Shown here: positions 14,281 to 27,445 of the stretch, piece by piece | Numbering within the stretch: the first letter of the stretch is position 1 | How the letters are laid out: every line of letters starts with the position of its first letter | DNA from: Octopus sinensis | Lineage: Eukaryota | Assembly (NCBI RefSeq): GCF_006345805.1 | Contig: NC_043003.1 | Coordinates: forward strand, 54,932,001-54,996,000 | Length of the DNA stretch: 64,000 nt | Direction of reading: 5' to 3' | Notes under the pieces: model-generated | What the model was told of the DNA's origin: nothing | What the model saw: only the letters and a program-made list of their open reading frames with translations | Databases searched by the model: none | Program-made: the position numbers and the translations under genes

Positions 14281-14598
14281 CAATACATAGAATACGTAGA
14301 AGTATATCTTTGTATGTGTGTGTATCTTTGTTTCTGTACATGTGGCATTGTGAAAGAATTTATTATGCATGCATACGTTTAATGTAAAATGTTGATATAT
14401 GTACAGGTTTAGTATAAGGACATTTTCTAAATATCAGACGGTAATAAAATCTGCATATGCAACGTATTCGATTAGACAATTTTAGGAGACGCTTAACGGC
14501 ACCATATTGAGCCAGTTCTTCAAACAGTACGAGTCTTGGAAATGCCAAATGATCAATTATAATGTTAAGCAGAGCAATAGTATGCTGACACAATGGAG

Positions 14599-14642
<44 letters not shown>

Positions 14643-14886
14643 ATTCACGTGTGCGAAGACAATCCCTTACCCGCGCACCTATACAGACACGCACATGCAC
14701 ACACACAAACCCACACACAGACACACACTACATATCTTCGCAGTGACAACGTGTAATATATATCCATACCTATGTAAATATGCTTCGATTTCTCTATGCA
14801 CATGTACAGATATGAGTGTGTGTATGTGTGTGTGCATTCGTGTGGGTATTCGTGTGTGCGCGTGTGCATGTGTCTGCGTATGTGTG

Positions 14887-14934
<48 letters not shown>

Positions 14935-15634
14935 TATATACATATATATACATATACATATATATACATACGTACATACATATATATACATACACACACT
15001 AGCACGCCCGTATATATGTGCAGAAAATTGCATTCGATCAAGCATCACAAGTGTTGCATTAAATATGAGAAAATTGTATATATTGCTGTACATATATAAA
15101 CATCACTTTATGTAATATACAAATATGTATTTATAAACGGATGTATACATGAGTATATGTTTTTGCATACATATATATGTAGATATACGTACACACACTC
15201 ACAGACACACACATATATATGTGTGTTTATATGTTTGTACAAACAGGAACACACATGCACACACATACATCTGCATGTTGTGTGCATATATATTTATACA
15301 TATATCCGTATGTATTGTTCGTGTTTTTTTACGTTCTTTAATATCGTAGTTTTAACTCGTTTAAACAATCGCCAAAGCAGCACCATACGTGCATTAACAT
15401 ATAAACGTGTTTCACTATACAATGCGGAAGGAGGAACTTCAACGCCCAACCAACAGAACACAATAGAAAGCAGCAATTGAGCAGTAAGACGAGTAATAAA
15501 ACTCATTCTTTGCTTTAATGTTTTGTGCATCTTTGTGACCTTTCAACAAGAGACTACGGGATGTCAAATCCTACAAAAATTATATTGGTATTATGCAGCT
15601 GTGCACGACTACGCACGCAAGCATGCACACCATA

Positions 15635-15670
<36 letters not shown>

Positions 15671-15678
<8 letters not shown>

Positions 15679-15779
15679 CGTATATATCTTCCTTAATTCT
15701 TCATATATGTAATACATACATGTAACATGTATGTTTGTTTATATATACAGTACATGAATACACACACAGACACAGACAC

Positions 15780-15843
<64 letters not shown>

Positions 15844-16205
15844 TAATATACATTCAAAATATAAACATTCAAAATGTTACCGCGTGTGTACCGTTGGCGA
15901 TCTTTTTCCTCTGTCTTCCCTTCTCTGGATCTTTCCTTCTCCTATGTTTCCGACGAAGAGCTCCGCTCGAAACGTTAAACCCTCCTTCTTTCCTTAGCGT
16001 CTAATAATACTATATTTGTTCCACGTCCTCAGGTTGTTGTGTTTTTTGTGCTTTCTTGTTTGAATTAACTATATATATATATATGCACACACGTATATAT
16101 CTTCCTTAATTCTTCATATATGTAATATATACATGTAACATGTATGTTTGTTTATATATACAGTACATGAATACACACACAGACACGCAATCTCTCTCTC
16201 TCTCT
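15671..16205 (+). repeat. Direct repeat (15671-15812 and 16084-16205) flanking a Penelope-like fragment
   Basis: tgcacacacgtatatatcttccttaattcttcatatatgtaat..cagtacatgaatacacacacagacacgcaatctctc occurs twice. The copies differ by one substitution plus microsatellite length. Confidence 0.95.
15885..16070 (+). mobile_element. Penelope-like element 3' terminus (second family)
   Basis: Pyrimidine-rich terminus with gtttccgacgaagagctccgctcgaaacgttaaac (hammerhead-like, 15946-15980). It ends ..gaattaac directly in (TA)n. Confidence 0.65.
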
Positions 16206-16260
16206 ATATATATATATATCTATATATATATATATATATATATATATCTATATATATATA

Positions 16261-16303
<43 letters not shown>

Positions 16304-17519
16304 ATCTATCTACATCTATCTACATCTATCTATATATAATATATATATATATATGAAATCATAAATTTTCTTATGCGATTTTGTTTTTACTGGTGCGTGT
16401 CCATTTGAATCATTTTGCTCGAAAATATCGGGTCAGGAATTGGTATTAGATACAGTGCTTATCACTTTCTACATATCGATCATCAAGTTTACAGGAAGTA
16501 CAGCAAAATGTGCGTTCATAAGTAAAGATACAGATACACACACACAAGCATTCACACACACACAGAAGCATTCACACATATTGATACTTCATTTCACATA
16601 TACACATACATATATAATGAATACATATGATTGTTTGCATGTAGATATGTATGTATGCACGTTTTTACATAGGTATGTATGTAGGTAGGTAGGTACGTGG
16701 CTACATATAAAATACTCTTTCGACCATTGGGAAGCGTTGCTTAACCTGAGAGTAGAATGAATATATGTATAAAACATATATGTGATAAGTATTTGTAATA
16801 CATGAATGTTTGTGTTTGCTTGTAGACACACATACACACACTCCCTCACAAACACACACACAGATGCACACACGCATACACATGCAGTCACACGCATAAA
16901 TAAGATAAAACAGGGGATTGGAATAAACTTTGTATTATTTAATCAGCATTTCACGTGTTTAATTTTTTAATAGGAATTACAAAGTTGTACATGTAGGAGA
17001 AACATGTAAAATAGTTGCCATCAGAAACTCTCCCGCAGAGAATAAAATATTATTTGATTTTCTGTCTGATGAATATCCAATAGGAGATAACTTAAATAAT
17101 TGTCTTCCATGTAAAATTTTGTAACTCGTATTTGCAAATAAAACACGTGTAATGGTGAATAAATAACGCCAAAAATGTTTTCTAATCTCCTGTTTTGATA
17201 TATGATTTCATTGCAAATACTACTTCTAGTATTTTCATCTCTTTTGCTTGCCTAACAATTATACATGCAATTTTGGAGTACAGCATTATGCAGATGTGCC
17301 TCACGAGGACGCAGCTTTTATTATAATATTTTCTACGTACTGTGTGTGTGTGAGGTGAGTGTGTGTGTATGTTTGTGTATGTATGTGTATGTGTGTGTGT
17401 GTGTGTGTGTGTTGTGTGTGTGTGTGTGTAAATGGATTTTTATATACATCTAATGCATCCTTTAGCTTCCTCGTTTGTGTGCGCTCCTGGCGACTTGTAA
17501 TGCAGAAACGGATTGCAAT

Positions 17520-17739
17520 GGCGGCGAGCTGGCAGAAACGTTAGCACGCCGGGCGAAATGCTTAGCGGTATTTAGTCTACCGTTACGTTCTGAGTTCAAA
17601 TTCCGTCGAGGTCGACTTTGCCTTTCATCCTTTCGGGGTCGATAAATTAATTACCAGTTACGCACTGAGGTCAATGTAATCGATTTAATCCCTTTGTCTG
17701 TCCTTGTTTGTCCCGCCCCTTGTGGGCAATAAAGAGATA
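17520..17739 (+). mobile_element. SINE family A, full-length young copy with 15-bp TSD
   Basis: Head ggcggcgagctggcagaaacgttagc and B-box-like gagttcaaattcc. The TSD agaaacggattgcaa lies at 17504-17518 and 17740-17754. Confidence 0.93.
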
Positions 17740-18124
17740 AGAAACGGATTGCAAATGTTTTCAGAACAGGCAAAGGCCACGCAATGGTGTGTAATTAACA
17801 TTGGGTGCGCCTATTTAATGGCATACTTTCGTTTCTTTCAAATGACGCATGGAAGTAATCATAGCCGCAGATTCTAAGTTTATAGTAACAGCGATAGGAG
17901 GTACAGGTGAATGTGATCTGCTCCTCAAATTCCTCAAGTTAGGCTGGAATCTATGATGTAAAGCGAACTTCTTAAATTATATTTTTTGGTCTTGACACAT
18001 AAGTCAAATGGTGCTGCATGATCAGACAATAGTTTCAGCCAGGTTTACAATCTACCGCTTTCTCAATTAAGATTAATGGTCTTCATATTAAATATTTTTA
18101 AGGCTTCATTCAAGGTGATACCAT

Positions 18125-18165
<41 letters not shown>

Positions 18166-18814
18166 TTAGAGGGGAAAATATCGTATATGACGCTAACTAC
18201 AGGAAATCATGATTGCCCTGTGACTAAACGAACGTTAACGAAACCCAGAAGTAACTCATTCTGACTAGATTGCAGTCGAATATTATGGCGACATTGTCAT
18301 AATCTAGCGGCTGGCTCTCGGAATTATTTTCTGCAAATGCTAACATCGTAGTGAAGTACAAAAACAGCTGCCGTATTTGAGAATCCAGTATTGTGTGTAT
18401 TTTCACATACGAGACGTATGAGCACCGTTTGAAGCAGGCCCATTAGCAGTAATATATGTTCCCTTTCCTCATTACTCAACCTGATATCAGTTGAAATGTT
18501 GCCTACAAAGCAGAAATGGATATTTGATATTAAAACATCGATTATATGTATTTCAACAAATACGTAGAAGATAAAAAATTGTGAAGAAGTTTTAGAAAAT
18601 CGTGGAGAACAATCCTCGGAAGCGTGAATATATTGTGAAATATTTTAAAATTTTAATCTTCATATATTTTCTTATCCATATAATATATCTATAGCATATT
18701 TTACACTTTTGCTGGTGAAATATTTTCTGCTCTCATCTAAATATAATTAATGATAATGGAACTAAGCAAATGAAACGTATCTTCAGTGTATTGCAGAGTT
18801 CAGAAGATGTATAT

Positions 18815-19380
18815 ATGAGGGAACATCCACCCACATGGACACATATCTGCGACCCTCTTTCAGTTGCTGCGCACGAAGCTTTATTGATTAACGATGCTGG
18901 GTTGGTCTTAGATTTACAGACTGATAGTATCACACATTTGATGCTGCTGCACTACTACGAGATACGTTTTAGTTTTGCAGTTTTTCTCACCTGTTCATCG
19001 ATTTTGCGATTACTGAAAACGAAGGAACAAGGTGCTTCCGTGAAATTCTGTTTTCTGCTGATGAAAACGGCGTCCCAAGCAGTTGCCATGTTTCAAACTG
19101 CTTACAAGAACGCTTCCATGAGCAAAACAAGTTTACGAATGGTTTCCGCGCATTAGGAATGATCACGTGTCGCTTGATAACCAATCTTCTTCAAGATGAC
19201 CGTCGACCTCCCGAACGAATAAAAGTATCATGAAAGTTCATGAACTGATCTTGGAGGACAGTCACCGATGCATTCCTTCAAACGGAAAATACTTTAAAGT
19301 CGACAAAAGTGTAAACATGCAACACTAAGTGAATGATATAATAATGCAAGATTTTGATTTCTTTTGGGTACCCTCTTGTA
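18815..19380 (+). mobile_element. Internally deleted mariner (Tc1/mariner) transposon
   Basis: LKTKEQGASVKFCFLLMKTASQAVAMFQTAYKNASMSKT.VYEWF..R*PSTSRTNKSIMKVHELILED matches the mariner N-terminal HTH region. The C-terminal YFKVDK corresponds to YFEGD. The right end is ..ttttgggtaccctcttgta. The left boundary is uncertain. Confidence 0.8.
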
Positions 19381-19596
19381 GATTCGTTAGTCATTGAGGT
19401 GCTGCAAGGCAGACATCATTGTGGCATTTGAATCCCTTTTGTAAAGTTAAGCTTCTATATTTTTGTTTTAATCGTTATTTCTGTCTATCCTTCCTTGTCT
19501 TTATTTGCTTACATATTCCATAGACACTACCTCACATTAAAGGGAAAGGATGAATTATCATAAATAGAAATATGTATGATGTTATATCAAATATCA

Positions 19597-19757
19597 GTGG
19601 GGCAGGAGTGGCTCTGTGGTGAGAAGTTTGTTAAACAACCGCACATTTCGAGGTTGGGTCCCAATGCGTGGTACCTCGGGAAAGTGTTTCTTATTATAGC
19701 CTCGGTACAACCAAAGCCTTGTCAGTGGATTTGGTAGAGAGAAACTAAACCGTCGTG
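19597..19757 (+). mobile_element. SINE family C, 5' half
   Basis: ggcaggagtggctctgtggtgagaag..ccaaagccttgtcagtggatttggtagagagaaactaa..ccgtcgt, then lost in (TA)n. Confidence 0.8.
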
Positions 19758-19761
19758 TGTG

Positions 19762-19820
<59 letters not shown>

Positions 19821-19841
19821 ATATGTATATATATATATATA

Positions 19842-19900
<59 letters not shown>

Positions 19901-20369
19901 GTATATATATGTACATATATATGTGTGTGTATATATGTAGGCATATATATCTATATATCTTTCTATTTATACATACATTCACACACACACACACACACCT
20001 ATATATATATATTATTATTATTATTATTATTATTATTATCATTATTATTCAAAGAAAGTCCAACTCTGTTATTTTATGTTTTATTTATATTTTTTATAAT
20101 ATTAATGTGGAATACACTCCTGTCACATCCTGGATCTTGAAGACTTCTATAATGCAAGAAAGTATACTAGTCCCTTAATATTTTATATTCAATAATTCAT
20201 CTATTCCATAAGACAATCAATACTTCATTTCATTTTACGTTATATATATTATTTATACTATATATTCTCTATTCAACATTAATATCATAAAGAATATAAA
20301 TAAAACACAAAAAACAGTTGGAATTTCTTTGAATAATATATATCCTCCTATACACAATCATACAAACCC

Positions 20370-20444
<75 letters not shown>

Positions 20445-20453
20445 ATGTGTGTG

Positions 20454-20486
<33 letters not shown>

Positions 20487-20761
20487 ATACATCCATAGTC
20501 ACATACATACACAGAGTGGTTAAACGAAAGCGCTCTCACGCTGAAAACAAAACTGATGCCTCCCAAAATTAGTAACATCTTGATAAAAGACTTCATAACA
20601 TTTTATTTAAAATAACTTTTTGGAATAATCACCTTTACGCTTCAAAACTGTATTCAGTAATTCGTACAGACTTTCATATATATATATATATATTATATAT
20701 ATATATATATATACATACATATATGCTCCGTATGTTTCTATAGCCCAACCATTTTATTCGT

Positions 20762-20902
20762 AATTTGTGCGTCACGTCATACAAAACACCCGTCATTACT
20801 TCAGGCACACGATTCTTAACATAACAAAAATCGATTTTGTTATGTTACCAGTCGGATGTCTGAAAAATTTGCGGGCTCTTTGTGTGACGTATCACGCGAA
20901 TT
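20762..20902. repeat. Palindromic foldback element (MITE-like)
   Basis: Central near-perfect palindrome taacataacaaaaa-tcga-ttttgttatgtta (20817-20847) with degenerate ~55-bp outer arms. Confidence 0.7.
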
Positions 20903-21820
20903 GTGAATAAAATTCTATGCTATTAGAACTTAGGTATCATGGTTAGAACTGCTATTGTTCACTCATATTTTATCACATTTCTTTACCACATGACATGCTT
21001 AAATAATGTTACTACTGAAAATGGAGTTGTGTTGTACCTGTTATCATGATATATTTTTTGTTAATCTTATAATGGAAAGATAAAATGGAAACATTATTAA
21101 TTAATTAGTTAATATATTTATTCATGTTACGACAGCTACCCAATTAACATGCTGGAAGCAATCCTTATCGACGTGATCCAATCGAGTGATATGTCTATGC
21201 TGCGTGTGTGTTTGGGTTTGTCTGTTTCTGTGTGTGTGTGTGTGTGTGTGTGTCTGTGTCTGTGTGTTTAAGTGTATGTGTGTACACGTGATATCTCCAA
21301 CTGGATTTCGAGCGCTGTTATTACTTGATTATTTTATTAAATCATCATGGATATGGTCTTCTTTAAGGGATCTGCACTCTATTACATAAATATGGCAGAG
21401 ACGGGCAGGTCTTGCAACTAGGCGTTCAGAGAACTTGTAACCTATGCTGGCAAATGCCATTATACCATGATGGAATTTTTCTTTGTGTTGCCTTTTTCAA
21501 CAAAGGATAGTCGTAATATGCAATACATGAAATAAATTTTATAAATCAAGCGATGCATGTGTCGAAGCATTTTAAAGTGAAAGTCTTTGCACTGTGGCCA
21601 CCTCAACACATTCAACCTCTTGTTCATCTGCAAACAAGTTGATCATTGGATGCAAACAAAGTCGCAGTTTCATATTCACCCTTCAAAAGGTTGTCGAAGC
21701 AGGTTTGCTAAATTTTCAACTTTAGTCAATGGTTTTCCAACCAATCGACAAATTTTATTTATTACATCTGAACAGCAGCACTCAGAATGACTTATAAAAT
21801 AAGTATCTCTTGTCTTTTAT

Positions 21821-22115
21821 CTTTTACTTGCATCAGTCATTAGGCTACAGCCATGCAGGGACCACGCATTAATCCATCGGTCTCTTTTGCTAACCGCTAA
21901 CTGAAGGGGACGAAAACGCACCAACACCGGTTGTAAATCTGTGGCGGTGGACAAGCACAGGCACAAAGACACCCCTACCGTGAGCGTACTCACACACATG
22001 CACACACACACCCACGTGACAGGCATCTATCACTTTCCGCCTACCGAATCTACATACAGAAACATGCCGCGCAGTGGTTTTTTGCCACCCAGTTACGACC
22101 GCACTCATTTCTGGA
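21821..22115 (-). mobile_element. SINE family C, degenerate copy
   Basis: tcttttacttgcatcagtcatt..ccatgc..ggtctcttttgctaaccgctaa..caccggttgt, colinear with the other family C copies. Confidence 0.7.
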
Positions 22116-22125
22116 TCTATCTATC

Positions 22126-22214
<89 letters not shown>

Positions 22215-22710
22215 ACACACATACACACACACACACACACAGACATACACACACATGTATATATTATATATATATATATATAGATATATATATATATATA
22301 CATAATAATTTTTTGTGTAATGAGATAAAAAACCAAGGATGTGTAGATATTAGAACATTTAACACATACACACACACACACACACATATATAATGTGACC
22401 AATGTCCGTCTTTCTTTTCCTCACGTGATCATCTTTCTTTCTTTCCTTCAGGACTGTGCAAAGGACTTTACGCATTCTGTTTCTTCTATCTTTTCTCTTT
22501 TCAAATAAAATATTTCTCCAGCGTTCGCTATTTTACACTCGTGTTTGTCTAACGGCCCTTCATGTTTGCTTTCGTTCGGTTTCCTTATATGTCTCCACTG
22601 TCCTGTTTTTGTTCCCAACTTTGACCCTCTATACATTTTATTTTGGTACTTATGGGAGCAACTGTATGTATATATACATATATATATATATACATATATA
22701 TGTGTGTATA

Positions 22711-25076
22711 TCTGGATCTCTGCTTCACGAACAATATGGACATTTTCATGATGGGAAAAGGACACCGACATCAGTTTCGGATCACAACGTAATAGAGCTG
22801 TCTATGTTTGGGCCAAAAGTAACCAGAGACATACAGCCTAAAGGAAGCACCCAAAATCTCTCCAATCTGAACTTCCACAAAGCAGATTGGAAATCGATCC
22901 AAAAAGAGATCCTCAGAGAGGACTGGCCGGAATGTCTCTCCACACCAGACATTGACATGAAACTAGAATGTTTCATGTCTTCTGTGCAAGCCGTATGCCA
23001 GAAATATGTCCTAGAGCACAAGGCCAAAACAAATAGGGGCAAGTTTCCAAGAGATAGGAATATCCTCATGAGACGACGGACGAAGGTTGCAAATCGTCTC
23101 AACCAACGTCCCAAAAGTAGTGAAACGTCCCGCCTAAAACAACACTGATGGAGATCGAAAAAAGGCTGCAACAATCCTATGTGAAGGAGAAAGCAGACAA
23201 AGAAGCCTGGGTTATAAAAAACATTAAATCAAACCCAAAGGCCTTCTTTCATTACGCGAAAGAAACAGTCTCAGTGCAGTACAAGATAGGACCCCTCCTC
23301 CAAAAGGATGGCTCCCTCAGAAACAGTCCAACTAAGATCAGTGAGATGCTGAATGACCAGTTCAAAAGTATCTTTACCACCCCGTTGGAACACAGACAAG
23401 TGAACGAACCAGTGGCCTTCTTTGCCGCCTCACCTATAACCAGCGAGGCGGTTACAGTAGAATATATTGACATTAGCGAAAAAGATGTCCTACTAGCCAT
23501 AGATGAAGTGGACACAAACTCAGCTGCTGGTCTAGATGGTTTCCCAGCCATCCTCCTCAAAGCGTGTAAGCATGCCCTGGCAAAACCCCTCAAGATTCTC
23601 TTCCAGAGCTTTCTTGCGATTGGCAAACTGCCAAGCAAGCTGAAGGAGGGAATAATATGCCCAATACATAAAGGGGGTAGTAGAGCAGATGCCAAAAACT
23701 ATAGTCCTACCTCTCTGACATCACACATCAGCAAAGTCATGGAAAGGATAGTCAGAAAGAAATTAATCGTATTCCATGAGGAAAATAACTTGCTGAGTGA
23801 TACCCAACATGGTTTTCGACCAGGTAGGAGCTGCCTGACCCAGCTCTTACAGCATTATGACTGGGTGTTAAGGCAGTTTCTCAACAAATCATATGTGGAC
23901 ATAATCTGCCTTGATTTTGACAAGGTGGATCATGGTATGATATGCCACAAACTGCGTGACCTCGGCATAGATGGAAGACTTGGAGTGTGGTTGCATGACT
24001 TCCTGAAAGATAGGAGTCAGGCAGTAGTGGTTAATGGAGCCACCTCTATGAACACACAAATAGTGAGCGGTGTTACACAGGGCACTGTCTTGGGACCACT
24101 GCTTTTTATAGTGGTCCTCTCAGATATGCCCTCAAATGCCCGGATAGCCACTCTGGCCAGCTATGTAGACGATACGAAAGTCTCGCAGAAAATACAGAAG
24201 CCCAGCGATGTTGCACACCTGCAGCAGGAGTTGGACTCAATCTACAGATGGGCTGAGTATAATAATATGCAGTTTAATGCTGAAAAATTCCAGGCCCTGC
24301 GCTACCAGCATCCAAAACTGAATATCAAACTTACAGGATACACCAGTCCACAGGGAATTTCAATCCCAGAGCCTAAGTCTGTGAGGGACCTGGGTATCGA
24401 CATGAGTGATGATAACTCTTTCCAAGTGCACATTAACAGGATGGCGACAAAGTGCAGACGACTGGCTGGATGGATCCGAAGAATATTCAGAACCAGAGAT
24501 AAGGAAACCATGATGGTCCTCTGGCGGACATTCATCCTCAGCCGCCTGGATTACTGCTCACAGCTATGGTCACCCACCAGTGTAAAATTAACAGCGGACC
24601 TTGAAGCAATCCAGAGAAGATTCACAAAGAAGATAGTCTCTTTACAACAGCTCAGCTACTGGGAAAGGCTGAAACAACTAAGACTCTAATCCCTGGAGAG
24701 AAGACGGGAGAGGTATGCAGTAATATATGTCTGGAAGATCCTGGAAGGAATTGCGCCAAATTTTGGCATTGTAAGCTACACCAATGCTAGAAAGGGACGA
24801 CACTGCATAGTACCAAAGATCCCAGCAATGCCATCACTCTTCAGGACCAGCTTCTGCAACAGCCTGGGTTTCAAGGGCCCACAGCTTTTTAATATTCTCC
24901 CAAAGAGTCTGAGGAACTTGCACAAAGTAGATGTAGCGGTTTTTAAATCAAAGATGGACATCTTCCTGTCAAGAGTCCCAGATGAACCTATCTCACGGCA
25001 AGAGGTGCAAATGAGAGTAGCTATATCAAAGTCCATTTTTCACCAAGTGCCACATATTAGACGAGGTTCGTCGTAA
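22711..25076 (+). pseudogene. Disrupted LINE ORF2 (APE remnant plus reverse transcriptase); main open segment 23148-24689
   Basis: There are frameshifts near 22740 and 23145. An in-frame deletion removes AKAF from LDFAKAFDKV (reads CLDFDKV). A premature TAA at 24687-24689 is followed by the same frame continuing SLERRRERY.. to the stop at 25076. Confidence 0.92.
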
Positions 25077-25140
25077 TAACAGTGTAGCACAAAACGGCGG
25101 TGCATCAGCATAGCCGCAGCTCTGAGCTGAAACTAGTTGA
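22711..25140 (+). mobile_element. CR1-group LINE, 5'-truncated inside the APE endonuclease, with its 3' end intact
   Basis: It starts with the APE motifs LDLCFTNN / SDH immediately after a TA/TG run. The RT domain follows (NYSP.SLTS, QHGFRPGRSC, QGTVLGP, YVDD). The 3' end is ..ctgaaactagttg(A)n followed by (TA)n. Confidence 0.95.
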
Positions 25141-25175
25141 AAAAAAAAAATATATATATATATACACATAAATAA

Positions 25176-25228
<53 letters not shown>

Positions 25229-25251
25229 AATATATATATATATATTTTTCC

Positions 25252-25301
25252 CTAGTTTCAGCTCAGAGCTGCGGCCATGCTGATGCACCGCCGTTTTGTG
25301 C
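25252..25301 (-). mobile_element. 50-bp 3' tip of the same LINE family in inverted orientation
   Basis: ctagtttcagctcagagctgcggccatgctgatgcaccgccgttttgtgc is the reverse complement of 25087-25136 with one mismatch. Confidence 0.9.
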
Positions 25302-25602
25302 GGTATTTTTATCTCTCCGTTTTCGGTCACTTTAGCCATGTAACCACGCACTGACTCTCTTTTCATGGACTATTTTTTACTTTCTCTTTCGCTATCCTTA
25401 GTGCTTATCTATTACATTCACTGTGTACACATCATTTTAACTTTTGTTGCTTTTGTGTTTATTTTTGTTTTCGATTTACCTACACACACACACACACACA
25501 CACACACATACGTATATATATATATGTGTGTGTTTTGTGTGTACATATACACACACACGCACACACAAACACACGCACACACAAACACACGCACACACAA
25601 AC

Positions 25603-25682
<80 letters not shown>

Positions 25683-26243
25683 CTTGTATATGTGCGCGTG
25701 TGTATATGATTGAATGTGCGTGAGTATATATGCCTCTTTCTGTGTATGCGTATACATACATATACGATGATGTGGTAAGGAAACAGAAGAACGTATGATT
25801 TGACACATGGTTTTCGATTTGGAAGAAATGTAAAAACTGCACTAAACAACATCGTACGCAACGTTTGAACAGAGTTAGATATGAGTGTATTTGTTCAGGC
25901 TTAGAAAATCAGAGTAAAGGGGATAAACTTACTTATAACCATAATATATTGATTATGGTTATAGGCAGATCCATTGACGATGCATCATGGTTAAATATAT
26001 GCATATAATTACACACACTTGAACTCACGGAAAAAAAGATACACTACCACGTATACCCATACATGCTCACTCAGATACTAACAGACACACACACACACAC
26101 ATACACCCATGCGGATGTATTGAAAACGAACTTTCTCCATTATCACTCTCTCCCCAACTCACTTTGTATGCGTGTGTGCGCACATACCAGCATACATATA
26201 TACTCATAAATAAATAAATATATATATATGTGTGTGTGTGTGT

Positions 26244-26653
26244 GTGGTTGTGTGGTAAGTAGCTTGCTTACCAACCATATGGCTCTGGGTTCAGTCGCAA
26301 TGTGTGGCATCTTGGGCAAGTGCCTTCTACTGTAGCCTCGGGCCGACCAAAGCCTTGTGAGTGGATTTGGTAGACGGAAACTGAAAGAAGCCCGTCGTAT
26401 ATATGTATATATATATGTATGTGTGTGTATATGTTTGTGTGTCTGTGCTTGTCCCCCAACATCGCTTGACAGTCGGTGCTAGTGTGTTTACCTCCCCGTA
26501 CTTTAGCGGTTCGGCAAAAGTGACCGATGAAATAAGTACTACGCTTACAAAGGATAAGTCCTATGGTCAATTTGGTCGGCTAAAAAAGGCGGTGCTCAAG
26601 CATGGCCACAGTCAAATGACTGAAACAAGTGAAACAAGTGAAAGAGTAAAGAG
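26244..26653 (+). mobile_element. SINE family C, near full length
   Basis: tRNA-like head (tgtggtaagtagcttgcttaccaaccatatggctctgggttcagtc), internal TA/TG microsatellite, and tail ggcggtgctcaagcatggccacagtcaaatgactgaaacaag(tgaaa/taaagag)n. Confidence 0.92.
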
Positions 26654-26879
26654 TGTATATATATATATATATATGGGTGTGTGTGTGTGTGCGTGTGCGT
26701 GCGTGCGTTTGTATGTATGTATGTACGTATGTATGCACGTATGAAAGTCTGTGTGATATACAACACCATTAAATTCCATACCGCATTATGGTGGAATAGT
26801 TCTGTAATTACTTGTATTGACACTGATTATGAAGAACCTCTCACCTCATCATTAATTAATCAGAATCTATAAAACGAAA

Positions 26880-27023
26880 CTACATTATCAATATTCCACG
26901 AACATTTCTAATCCACATACATTTCCTATAACTGCAGCTGCTGTTGTTGTTGTTGTCACTACTGCTGTTGCTGCTGTAGTTGCTGTTGTCGCTTCTGCTG
27001 CTGCTGCTACTACAACTACTACA

Positions 27024-27094
<71 letters not shown>

Positions 27095-27267
27095 TAGTGT
27101 TGCTGCTGCTACTGCTATTACTACTACTAAGGATAAGGATAATATCAATAGTAATGATAAAGATGATAATTAAAATATCAATAATTACCGAATTAATAAC
27201 AAAGAAGAACGACGGTAATAATAATAATAGTAATAATAATAATAATAATAATGATAATAATAATAAC

Positions 27268-27298
<31 letters not shown>

Positions 27299-27445
27299 TC
27301 AATAATAATAGTAATTACAATGATAATAATAATAATTGTGATAATGATGATGATGATAATGATGATGGTAATGATGGTGTTGACGATGATGATGGTGATA
27401 ATGATGAGGATGAGGAGGGGGTGGGGATGACGGTGGTGGTGACGA
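26880..27445. repeat. (CTA)/(CTG)/(TAA)/(TGA) trinucleotide microsatellite cluster
   Basis: Direct reading. It gives rise to the poly-L/S/N/I ORFs. Confidence 0.95.
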
